Below are positions 1-7,841 of a stretch of DNA of 64,000 bases, piece after piece. Location of the stretch: contig CAVVPN010000004.1 in NCBI GenBank assembly GCA_963750165.1, forward strand, positions 1,248,001-1,312,000, given 5' to 3'. The translations under genes were made by a program, and so were the position numbers. The notes under the pieces were generated by a model. The model did no database searches. It was given only the letters and a program-made list of their open reading frames with translations, and had not been told where the DNA came from. The first letter of the stretch is position 1; every line of letters starts with the position of its first letter. This DNA comes from an uncultured Gemmataceae bacterium (GTDB lineage: Bacteria; Planctomycetota; Planctomycetia; Gemmatales; Gemmataceae).

Positions 1-631
1 CCCACTTGACCGCGCCCGTCTTCGTGTCCAGCGCCCGCAGCCAGAATTCGCTGCTCACGTCGATGAAGAGGAAGAGGGTGTCCTCGTACAGAATTGGGCT
101 GCTGCTGAGCCATTCGGCCTTGGCCGGGCCGGGCAGTGTCTTCTGCCAGAGGCGGTTGCCGTCCAGGTCCAGCGCCGCCACGGTGGCCGAGCCGAACAGG
201 GCGAACAGCCGTTTGCCGTCGGTGACCGGCGTCGCCGCGGTGAAGCTGAACTCGGTGTCCCACGAACCGGGCTCGATGTCGGTTTGCCAGCGTTTGGTGC
301 CGTCGGCCGCCCGGTAACAGGCGACGCGGTGCAGGTGATTGGCCGCGGAGCGCTCCGGTCCCTTCTGGACTTTGCGCACCGAGGCGCTGAGGAACACGCG
401 CTCATCCCAGACGATCGGGCTGGAGTGGCCGAAGTCCGCGGGCACTTTCCACAGCACGTGCTGGCGCGTCTTGCCGTCCCAGGTGAGCGGCAGGTCCGTC
501 TCGTCGGTGTGGCCCGAGCGCTGCGGGCCGCGCCACTGCGGCCAGTTGCCCGCCCAGCACAGGCCGGCGGAGAGGAGCAGCGCCGCACCGCAGCAGACGG
601 CCAGCAACCGGTGAGTCTTCGTGAGCATCAT
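1..631 (-). CDS. PQQ-binding-like beta-propeller repeat secreted protein (3' end runs out of the window)
   Basis: Hand translation from ATG 631: MMLTKTHRLLAVCCGAALLLSAGLCWAGNWPQWRGPQRSG...VLWKVPADFGHSSPIVWDERVF...AATPVTDGKRLFALFGS. Signal peptide, WPQWRGP and SSP/ATP repeats are typical of this planctomycete family. Absent from the ORF track because there is no stop in the window. Confidence 0.85.
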   Translation of the reverse strand, partial: MMLTKTHRLLAVCCGAALLLSAGLCWAGNWPQWRGPQRSGHTDETDLPLTWDGKTRQHVLWKVPADFGHSSPIVWDERVFLSASVRKVQKGPERSAANHLHRVACYRAADGTKRWQTDIEPGSWDTEFSFTAATPVTDGKRLFALFGSATVAALDLDGNRLWQKTLPGPAKAEWLSSSPILYEDTLFLFIDVSSEFWLRALDTKTGAVKW

Positions 632-1224
632 GGCAATTCCTTGTAACGAATCCGGCGAAACTCAAACTTGCCGATCTCGGATTGCAGGCCGATGGTGCCG
701 GTGGCCGGCACTTTCATGGCCTTGCCGACCTGCTCACCGTTGCACTTGCAGACGGCCTCGGTGCCGCGCAGGGTGATGTCGATCTCGTTCCAGTCACCGG
801 GCTTGAAGTGCTTGAGCTTGCGGAATACGCCCGTCAAGCCGCCCTCGGTGACCGCGTCCAGTTGCAACTGCGGGCCGCGGATGTAGATGCCGCTGTTGTT
901 CTTCTTGTTGTCCGTGCTGGTGCGAAACTCCAGCTTGAACTGGAAGTCCTTGTTGAACTGCCGCGCGGTGTACAGGGCCATGATGCGCTTGCCGCTGGCG
1001 ACGATGACGCCGTCGCTGACCGCGAAGACCTGGTCCTTGGTGGTCGTCTTGCCGTCGAGTTTTTCGATGATTGGCTTCTTCGTCACCGGCACCGGGCCGT
1101 ACTCCCAGCCGGTCAGGTCCTTGCCGTTGAACAGGTTCGTGTAGCCGTCTTCGGCGGGATTTTGGGCGGCGCTGACCAGGGCAGTCAGGCCGGTAACGAG
1201 CAGGGTGCAGAGAAAGCGGTACAT
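628..1224 (-). CDS. DUF1080 (3-keto-disaccharide hydrolase-like) secreted protein
   Basis: Signal peptide, then LFNGKDLTGW, NNSGIYIRG, GDWN and GTIGLQSE...FRRIRYKEL. The stop overlaps the next start (ATGA). Confidence 0.85.
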   Translation of the reverse strand: MYRFLCTLLVTGLTALVSAAQNPAEDGYTNLFNGKDLTGWEYGPVPVTKKPIIEKLDGKTTTKDQVFAVSDGVIVASGKRIMALYTARQFNKDFQFKLEFRTSTDNKKNNSGIYIRGPQLQLDAVTEGGLTGVFRKLKHFKPGDWNEIDITLRGTEAVCKCNGEQVGKAMKVPATGTIGLQSEIGKFEFRRIRYKELP

Positions 1225-1493
1225 GGTGGGATCTCGGTAGGGGACAAACACGGTCTACAGTTGCAGGTCTTCCGGCCTGTCCAGTTGCGTAACCTGGGCG
1301 GCGGCGAACAGGGTGACGGCGAGACTGGCTGTGAGAGAGCGCATCGTCACGGTCATGAGTCCTCGGTAGGCGGGCCGGCGCGGCGGCTCGGTGGCAGGTC
1401 GGTGAGCAGGGGAACTGGTTCTATGGTGCGAACTGGGCGCGGGAATGTCAAGAAAAAGGCGGCGGGAATTCAAGGGCGGCGGTGCTGGTTTCT

Positions 1494-1556
1494 GGACGGA
1501 GCCCGAGCGCCCGCGCGGGACTTGCTTGGCCGCGCGCTGGCGCTTGGGCTCCGTCC
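1494..1556. repeat. REP-like palindrome family A (degenerate copy)
   Basis: GGAGCCCGAGCGCC...GGCGCTTGGGCTCC hairpin, similar to the copies at 4611, 7765, 11449 and 41614. Confidence 0.7.
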
Positions 1557-1663
1557 TACCACGAAAATCCAGGGCGCTGCCGCCTGAGCCCGCCGACCGC
1601 GCCGGCAAATCCGTGCTAGACTTTTGCAAGGGACGGTGCAACCGCCGGGTTCGGGGTACGGCC

Positions 1664-2494
1664 ATGTCCATGTCGAGTGTGCCGGGTTGGATCGGTCGGG
1701 CCTGTCGTCTGGCGGCGTTGACCATTCCGGTCCTCGCGGCCCTCGCGGGCAGCACGCTACTGGTCGCGCTGCCGCTGGCCTGGGCCACCGGCGGCGACGT
1801 TATCGAACCGGGCCATCTGCTCGCGGGCATCGTCTGCGGCCTGGCCGTCTGGCTGTCGGTCACTACCTTCCACCTCAAGGGACAAACGATCACGGTGCCT
1901 TTCCAGGATCGCCACGCCTTCGCGGAGCGCCTGGTCGCCCAGCTGCAGGATCTGGGCTACGAGGTCCGTCGCGCGGGGCCGGACCTGCTGGTGTCGCGGC
2001 CGACGTTCTGGTCGCTGCTGCTGGGCGGCGGCTTGCAGGTGCGCTTGCTGGCCGAGACGGCCCAGATCACCGGGCCGAAGCTGTTCGTGACCATTCTGCG
2101 GCGGCGGTTGCGGGTGGCGGCGCACCTGGACCGCGTTCACCAGGCGTTTAACGCCGCCCGGCAGCGCCAGAACGAGCGCCTGCTCAAGCGCGTGCAGCTC
2201 AGCCTGCGGTTCGCGCCGGATCAGTGGGCTGCGGTCGCCGCCAGCATCGTGGACCTGCTGCGGCTCAGTGGTGCCGACGTGCTCTGCGACCTGCACCTGC
2301 TGGTCGGCAACGACACCGGCGTTCCCGAGGGCCTCATCGACGGCCCGGTGCGCGACTGGCTGCAGAAGCACGCCCTGCAATTCGAAATTCACAAGGATTT
2401 GCCGCAGTGGGAGGAGCCCGGTTGGCGGCACACCCTGACCGGCGGCCACGGCGACACGCCCGTGTGCCGGCCCGCCGATTTCGAGTCGGCCTGA
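1664..2494 (+). CDS. Hypothetical membrane protein
   Basis: Two N-terminal hydrophobic segments followed by a soluble domain; GC-rich third positions. Family not recognised. Confidence 0.65.
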   Translation: MSMSSVPGWIGRACRLAALTIPVLAALAGSTLLVALPLAWATGGDVIEPGHLLAGIVCGLAVWLSVTTFHLKGQTITVPFQDRHAFAERLVAQLQDLGYEVRRAGPDLLVSRPTFWSLLLGGGLQVRLLAETAQITGPKLFVTILRRRLRVAAHLDRVHQAFNAARQRQNERLLKRVQLSLRFAPDQWAAVAASIVDLLRLSGADVLCDLHLLVGNDTGVPEGLIDGPVRDWLQKHALQFEIHKDLPQWEEPGWRHTLTGGHGDTPVCRPADFESA

Positions 2495-2517
2495 CGCATC
2501 GGCGGCCGAGGCGCTAT

Positions 2518-2541
2518 GGCAAGCTGGAAAGCCTGCCCCAC
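2518..2541 (-). repeat. GTGG-type REP-like hairpin family D
   Basis: Reverse complement is GTGGGGCAGGCTTTCCAGCTTGCC, nearly identical to the copy at 50306. Confidence 0.6.
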
Positions 2542-2681
2542 GAAAGCGGGCCGTTCCCCGGAAGCGGCCTGGGCGGTGTAATAGAGGTAGTGCCAGGGAG
2601 GGCTTTCATCTCCTGGACGTGGGGAAGGACAACGGGGTCAGGTTAATTGAGAGCGGTTCACACTTGGTTTGCGCACAGCCT

Positions 2682-2740
2682 GTGGGACGGCTCTCCAGAG
2701 CCGTCCTTGTCTCGGAGACGGCTCTGGAGAGCCGTCCTAC
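2682..2740. repeat. Inverted REP doublet family B (GTRG-GACGGCTCTCCAGAGCCGTC)
   Basis: Two inverted copies. The same unit occurs at 19368-19501 and 63746-63795. Confidence 0.85.
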
Positions 2741-2841
2741 GGGGCGTGATCCACGCGGCTGTGAATCGCTCTGGAGCGGTTCGCGCACGGTTTGCACACG
2801 AGTGGGCGGCGGGCACGGGCTGACCACCAGCGGCCTGCACT

Positions 2842-3005
2842 GCCACAGCAAGGGGGCCAAGGGGGCCAAGGGGGCCAACTTTTTCACACGTCGAGAATCG
2901 GCCCCTAACTCCGTGGGGATGGCACGGCGCGACAACCACTGGCGGCGGTTGCCACAGCAAGGACGCCAAGAACGCCAACTTTTTTGCATGTCGAGATTCG
3001 GCGCC
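2842..3005 (+). repeat. Two copies of a ~55-65 bp element with internal 9-bp units
   Basis: GCCACAGCAAG-(9-mer)n-CCAACTTTTT..GTCGAGA(A/T)TCGGC at 2842 and 2951. A third, inverted copy lies at 38158-38222. Confidence 0.75.
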
Positions 3006-3253
3006 GGGGAGCGCCGTCCTGCCATTCGTGGTCCACGCGACTGTGAACTGCTCTAATTAACGGCTTTCGGGATAAATCAAGAGGAACAAGTTCGCCAACT
3101 CCTGGACCAGCTGGCTGCCGGCCGTGCGGCCTCGTCGCGCAAGCCCCGACGGAAGAAGTGACAGATTTTCCCTCAACCCGCCGCTCGCCAGGTTCGACCA
3201 TGCGGCGGCTGAGTTGAAAACGGCCCTTCCAGACGAAGGAGACGTGGCGAACG

Positions 3254-4005
3254 ATGGCACAACCCCGGCACAAGCGCGTGCTGTTCCTTTGCACCGGCAA
3301 CTACTACCGCAGTCGGTTCGCCGAAGTCCTGTTCAATTCGGTGGCCGGCAAGATGGGCCTGCCCTGGCGAGCGTCGTCCCGGGGGCTGGCGCTGGAGCGG
3401 GCGCCGGCAACATTGGCCCGATGGCGGTGGCGGCGGTCCAGGCGCTGGAGGCGCTGGGCGTCCGAGCCCCGGATGCCGTGACGCGCTTGCCGGCGCAGGT
3501 AACGCTGGAAGATTTGGCAGCGGCGGATCGGGTGGTCGCTCTGAAGGAGGCCGAACACCTGCCACTCCTCCAAGAGCGGTTCCCGACCTGGGCCGAGAAG
3601 GTCGAGTGCTGGCACGTCGATGACGCACCGGAAGTCCTGGGCCTCATCGAGCGAGAAATCATGGGCCTCGTCGCGCGCCTCCTCGGCGGAGGTGAGCGCC
3701 AGGACCGTCAACCGACCGCGGCCGTCGCCACGGAACGGCCCGGCGCCGCGGAGCCGGCCAGGAAGCCGCGGATCGTGAAAGTCGGGCGGGAGACGGCGGG
3801 CCGGCGAGGGAAAGGCGTGACCACGGTGTTCGACGCGCCCCTGGATGAAACCGGCCTGAAGGAACTCGCCGCCCTGCTCAAGCAGCGCTGCGGTACGGGC
3901 GGGACGGTCAAGGATGGGCGCATCGAAATCCAGGGCGATCAGCGGGAACGCATCGTCGCCGAACTGGAGAAGCTGGGCTACAAGGTCAAGCGCGTCGGAG
4001 GCTGA
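3254..4005 (+). CDS. Low-molecular-weight phosphatase (LMW-PTP/ArsC-like) fused to a SUI1/YciH domain; frameshift near 3400
   Basis: The N-terminal frame has VLFLCTGNYYRSRFAE (CX5R loop). After the G run near 3398-3401 the second frame continues ADRVVALKEAEH...WHVDD and, without a stop, GRRGKGVT...LKQRCGTGGTVKDGRIEIQGDQR (SUI1 signature). Confidence 0.8.
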
Positions 4006-4042
4006 CCGTGGCGCGCCGGCAGCCGGCGCGCCGCGGTGGTGG

Positions 4043-4378
4043 TCAGCGGCTGACGCTCGACGGCATGGTCGGCACCGGCACGGCCTGCGGCGGCATCGTC
4101 TGCAGGCGCGGCGTCGGCGATGGCGAGCCGGGGAACGGACCCGTCTCCAGAGGCACCCCTGGTTGCGGCACCAGCGGCGGCTGTGCGTACTCGGCGCCGG
4201 GGGACGAATACACTCCCAGTTCGCCACCGCCGCAACAGCAGCCGGGCGTCGCGGCCGGCACCGGACTGCCGCAGCACCCCCCGGGCCGACTGCAGAACAG
4301 GTTGCAAAAGCCGTTGCAACCGCTGGTGAAACTCAGGCTGCCCGCCACAACGAGCGCAGCCAGACGTGTGCGGAACAT
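4043..4378 (-). CDS. Small Cys/Pro-rich putative lipoprotein
   Basis: MFRTRLAALVVAGSLSFTSGC lipobox-like signal with AAGGA upstream; Cys cluster followed by a Pro-rich tail. Confidence 0.6.
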   Translation of the reverse strand: MFRTRLAALVVAGSLSFTSGCNGFCNLFCSRPGGCCGSPVPAATPGCCCGGGELGVYSSPGAEYAQPPLVPQPGVPLETGPFPGSPSPTPRLQTMPPQAVPVPTMPSSVSR

Positions 4379-4610
4379 AGTTGGTTCCTTTGCGGTGAAA
4401 GAGCCGAACGCTTGCGCGACGGTTGCGACAGGACAGGGGACAGGGTTTCCACCCCCATTTCACTTCGGGCTCACGCCCCCTGCTACCAGATCATGCGCCA
4501 CGCCCCCGGCGCGGGCAAACCGGTCTACAGCAAATTCCCGTGCGATTGCGGATGGCGGCTGGCGGATTGCGGATTGGCGGCGGAAGGCGCAACGCTGGTA
4601 AAAAGCGTCA

Positions 4611-4663
4611 GGTCGGAGCCCGAGCGCCAGCGCGGCGCCCGCGCTGGCGCTCGGGCTCCGACC
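4611..4663. repeat. REP-like palindrome family A
   Basis: GGTCGGAGCCCGAGCGCCAGCGCGG...CCGCGCTGGCGCTCGGGCTCCGACC perfect stem. Confidence 0.85.
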
Positions 4664-4747
4664 CGTGTAAGCCGCCAGCCGCAGAAAAAGAACGCAAAAG
4701 CCGGCGCGGACCTAAATCCGCGCCGGCCTTGCTTCAATCCGCCAGCC

Positions 4748-4954
4748 GCTAGAGCGGCTTGCGGTTGGGTGTAGCGGTCAGGGGTAGGTGCCGCGAGCCG
4801 AGCGGCACCCAGCGCGGGTCCGGCTCGGCTCGCCGGACCTACCCCCAGCGCCGCCAGTCCCAGTAGGTGCCGCGAGCCGAGCGGCACCCAGCGCGGGTCC
4901 GGCTCGGCTCGCCGGACCTACTACACGCTACACGCACCTGCAATCCGCTCTAGC
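4748..4954. mobile_element. MITE-like composite: 29-bp imperfect inverted repeats enclosing two identical 59-bp GTAG REP doublets (family C)
   Basis: Outer arms at 4748-4776 and 4926-4954 match 25/29 and have CTAG at their outer ends. Identical inner units lie at 4784-4842 and 4863-4921. Confidence 0.6.
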
Positions 4955-4959
4955 CGCCA

Positions 4960-7557
4960 TCAACCGGCCTTCTTCTTGCCGTTGCCCTGCGCGATGCGGA
5001 TCTGGCCGCGCAGATACCCCAGCGCGATGTCCAGCTGGCGGTCCCGGAACTCCGGCCGTGTCTCCCGCGGCCGGTCGGGTCGATGTATGATTTCCTGGTC
5101 TCGTTGCGAGTCCTGCAGGTCGTTTAGCTCCTTGATGCTGAGCTTCAGGTTGTAGCCCTTGTTGGGCGTGACGCCCCACTCGTCCTCGTCCTTGCCGGAC
5201 GTGCTGGCCTTGTTCAGGTTGCGGCCGTTGGGCCGCCAGAACGTGGCCGTCGTCACCTTCAGTGCCGCGTTGCCGCCCTGTGTCTCGAACGGCAGGATCG
5301 TCTGCACACTGCCCTTGCCGTAACTGCGCGAGCCCATGACCACCGCCCGGTTGTGGTCCTGCAGACACGCGGCCACGATCTCGCTGCCGCTGGCGCTGAA
5401 GCCGTTCACCAGGCACACCATCGGGAAGACCGTGTAACTGCCGTCACTCTTGCCCACGTAGGACGTCTCCGGGCCGTTGCGCGGCTTGATCGTCACGATC
5501 ATACCGTCATCAATAAACAGGTCGGAAATCTTCACCGCACTGTCGAGCAGGCCGCCCGGGTTGAAGCGCAGGTCGAGAACGAAGCCCTTGATGCCGATCT
5601 TGCTCAGCCGCTTCATCACCAGTTCGAGGTCGCGCGCCGTGCTCCGCGCGAACTGCGTCAGCCGCACGTAGCAAATCTTGTTCTCCGGATCGATCACGTA
5701 GTCCCAGCTGTCATCCTGGTTGCGCTTGAAGCCGACCACGCTTTCCAGTTCCACGCGGCCGCGGATCAGGTTGAACTCCAGCGGCTTCTCCGAGCCCTCA
5801 CGCTCGACAATCAACTTGATCCGGGTGCCGGCGTCGCCCAGAATCTTCTTGACCGCGTCCTCGGTGCTCATGCCCTTGGTGGAAATCACCTCCGGCACCG
5901 CGAACTGCTTGCCGTGCTCGTCGTTCTCGCGGATGATCGTGGTGATGATGTCGCCGGCGTACATCTTGGCCTTGTAGGCCGGGCTGCCCATGATCGGCGT
6001 CACCACCTGCAACATGTCCTTGGTGAAATTCTTGCGAATCTGCACGCCGATGCCCGAGAAGTTGCCGAACAGAATGCCCTGGCTCTTGCGCACCTCCTCG
6101 GGGTCACTGTAGTCGGTGTGGCGGTCCAGCTTGCCCAACATCGAGTGCAGCGTCAGCGTTACGTCCTTGCCGTCTTCCAGATCCTCGCGCTTGCCGAGGT
6201 TGCGCCGCGCATCGGTCAGCAACTTGAGCAGGTCCGCCGGCTGCATGCCCTTGGCGTTGTCCAGCCGCTCCTTGATGCTCGGCGGCGTCACCGCCTCGAT
6301 GCGCTTGTACAGGCCCTTGATGCCGTTCTCGACCATCTGGCCCTGGTTGAGTTCCTTGAAGTAATTGCGCTTCACCACGTCCGCGGCTTCCATCACCGTG
6401 CGGGCGAACTTGCCGGCCTCGGCCTCGGTCATGCGGGTGCTGGCCCGGATGTCGGCCCGCTCCTTGTTGAACGCGGCCAGGGTGATCTTGTCGTCGGCCA
6501 GCTTCTGGTACGCCTTGCGCAGGCTCTGCTGGGCCTCCAGCTTCGGCATGCGCGTCAGCAGGGCGCGGCCCTCTTCCTGCACGTCTTTCGGGAGTTTCGC
6601 CTTGTCGGCGAGCTTCTCGAAGGCGGCGACGCGCGCGGCGGTCTTCTTCGTGACGGCGGGGTTGAGGTCGATGACGAAGTTGCTGGACTGGCCCTCCAGG
6701 ACGATGGCCTGCTGGGCCTTCTCCTCGTTGGTCTTGCCGATTTTGCGGTTCAGTTCGCCCACCTGCTTGCGGACATACTTGGCCAGTTCGTCCACGGTCA
6801 CCAAGCCATCGGATTCATAGCCCTCGGTGTCGGCCTTGCCCTTGAGGCCGTCGATGACCACGTGCGCGAAGACGCCGTGATCCTTCAACTTCAGCGACGG
6901 CTTGAGGCCGTTGTTGGCCAGGAAGACGACACGGCTGGCGATCGGGGCCTTCTCATCTTCCTTGCCCATGAACTCCTTGTAGAAGTTGCCCAGATTGGGG
7001 TCCGGGGCGGTTTCCTTGGCGCCGAGGTTGAAGCCGCGGAAGTTCACGTCCAGGAAGGCGACGAAGCGCTGACTCTTGAGCTTTTCCAGGGCGTGCTCGA
7101 TCTCGGCGCTGAGCACGGCGTTCTCGGAGCGGTCCTTGAAGGTGGAGTCGGCGGCGAAGTAGACGGCCTTGTTGGCCAGCGGAGCGCCCTGGCCGAAGAA
7201 GGCGAAGATTGCCAGGTCGTCCTTCTTGGCTTTGCTGCCGAGCCACTGCACGGCCTTGACGATGTTGGCCTTGGTGGCTTTTTCGCTGGGGCGCTTGTCG
7301 TCCGGAGTGCCGAGTAGCAGCTTGATGTGCTTGGCGTCCGCGCCGAGGTAGTCCTTGTTGACGAAGATGTCGTAAAGGGCCTTGGCGTCTGCCTCGGCGA
7401 GGGGGCGGGGGGTGATCTGCGGGTCGGCGTATTTGCTGACGCCGACGATGACAATGTAGGGCTGATGCGGTTCGTCCGCGGCGGCCGCGGTGGGCCGGCC
7501 GAACAGGGCGGCCACCACGACCGCGACGAACAACCCCAGGAACTTGGCCTTGGTCAT
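4960..7557 (-). CDS. S41 (CtpA-like) carboxyl-terminal protease with PDZ and an N-terminal caspase-like (C14) domain
   Basis: Signal peptide; caspase-fold motifs IVIVGVSKY, ATKANI, FFGQG and FLDVN; then GIGVQI (PDZ), LDLRFNPGGLL, SASGSE (catalytic Ser) and SYGKGSVQ (catalytic Lys). Confidence 0.9.
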   Translation of the reverse strand: MTKAKFLGLFVAVVVAALFGRPTAAAADEPHQPYIVIVGVSKYADPQITPRPLAEADAKALYDIFVNKDYLGADAKHIKLLLGTPDDKRPSEKATKANIVKAVQWLGSKAKKDDLAIFAFFGQGAPLANKAVYFAADSTFKDRSENAVLSAEIEHALEKLKSQRFVAFLDVNFRGFNLGAKETAPDPNLGNFYKEFMGKEDEKAPIASRVVFLANNGLKPSLKLKDHGVFAHVVIDGLKGKADTEGYESDGLVTVDELAKYVRKQVGELNRKIGKTNEEKAQQAIVLEGQSSNFVIDLNPAVTKKTAARVAAFEKLADKAKLPKDVQEEGRALLTRMPKLEAQQSLRKAYQKLADDKITLAAFNKERADIRASTRMTEAEAGKFARTVMEAADVVKRNYFKELNQGQMVENGIKGLYKRIEAVTPPSIKERLDNAKGMQPADLLKLLTDARRNLGKREDLEDGKDVTLTLHSMLGKLDRHTDYSDPEEVRKSQGILFGNFSGIGVQIRKNFTKDMLQVVTPIMGSPAYKAKMYAGDIITTIIRENDEHGKQFAVPEVISTKGMSTEDAVKKILGDAGTRIKLIVEREGSEKPLEFNLIRGRVELESVVGFKRNQDDSWDYVIDPENKICYVRLTQFARSTARDLELVMKRLSKIGIKGFVLDLRFNPGGLLDSAVKISDLFIDDGMIVTIKPRNGPETSYVGKSDGSYTVFPMVCLVNGFSASGSEIVAACLQDHNRAVVMGSRSYGKGSVQTILPFETQGGNAALKVTTATFWRPNGRNLNKASTSGKDEDEWGVTPNKGYNLKLSIKELNDLQDSQRDQEIIHRPDRPRETRPEFRDRQLDIALGYLRGQIRIAQGNGKKKAG

Positions 7558-7764
7558 GAAAACGATCCTTTCGTCTTGGATGGGAGGGTCGGTCCTGGGC
7601 GGGGCGTCCGAGGGTGCAAAGCTTGTGACGGTGGGACCGATCCCTGTCATGCTCCATCTGCCATTCTGACTAACCCGCCAGGACAGTCAATGGAGATTCG
7701 GCGAAGTGGACCGGGGATGGGATGAACGCCCGTGCGGCGGTGGTGGACGCCAGTTACGGAATCG

Positions 7765-7822
7765 CGAGTCCGAGCCCGAGCGCCAGCGCGGGGCCCCGCG
7801 CTGGCGCTCGGGCTCGGACTCG
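7765..7822. repeat. REP-like palindrome family A
   Basis: Perfect palindrome just downstream of the GH13 stop codon. Confidence 0.85.
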
Positions 7823-7841
7823 AAACAAGAACCATCAGCGC

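Noticed and set aside
3124..3400. N-terminal part of the 293-aa ORF as the true start of the SUI1 protein
   Set aside because: The overlapping frame from ATG 3254 has an AAGGAG RBS and the phosphatase P-loop, so the 3124 extension is the wrong frame.
4540..4580. Short GATTGCG/GGCGGAT heptamer-like tandem
   Set aside because: Only a few degenerate units, too weak to assign any function.
4784..4921. Two direct repeats with a 20-bp spacer as a mini-CRISPR
   Set aside because: The repeats are 59 bp with GTAG REP doublet structure, there are only two copies, and there is no cas context.
5353..7317. Long antisense ORFs (654 aa here; also 18079-19305, 44978-46501, 54564-55844, 56448-58046 and others)
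   Set aside because: These are shadow frames opposite well-supported genes, expected in high-GC DNA, and carry no recognisable motifs.
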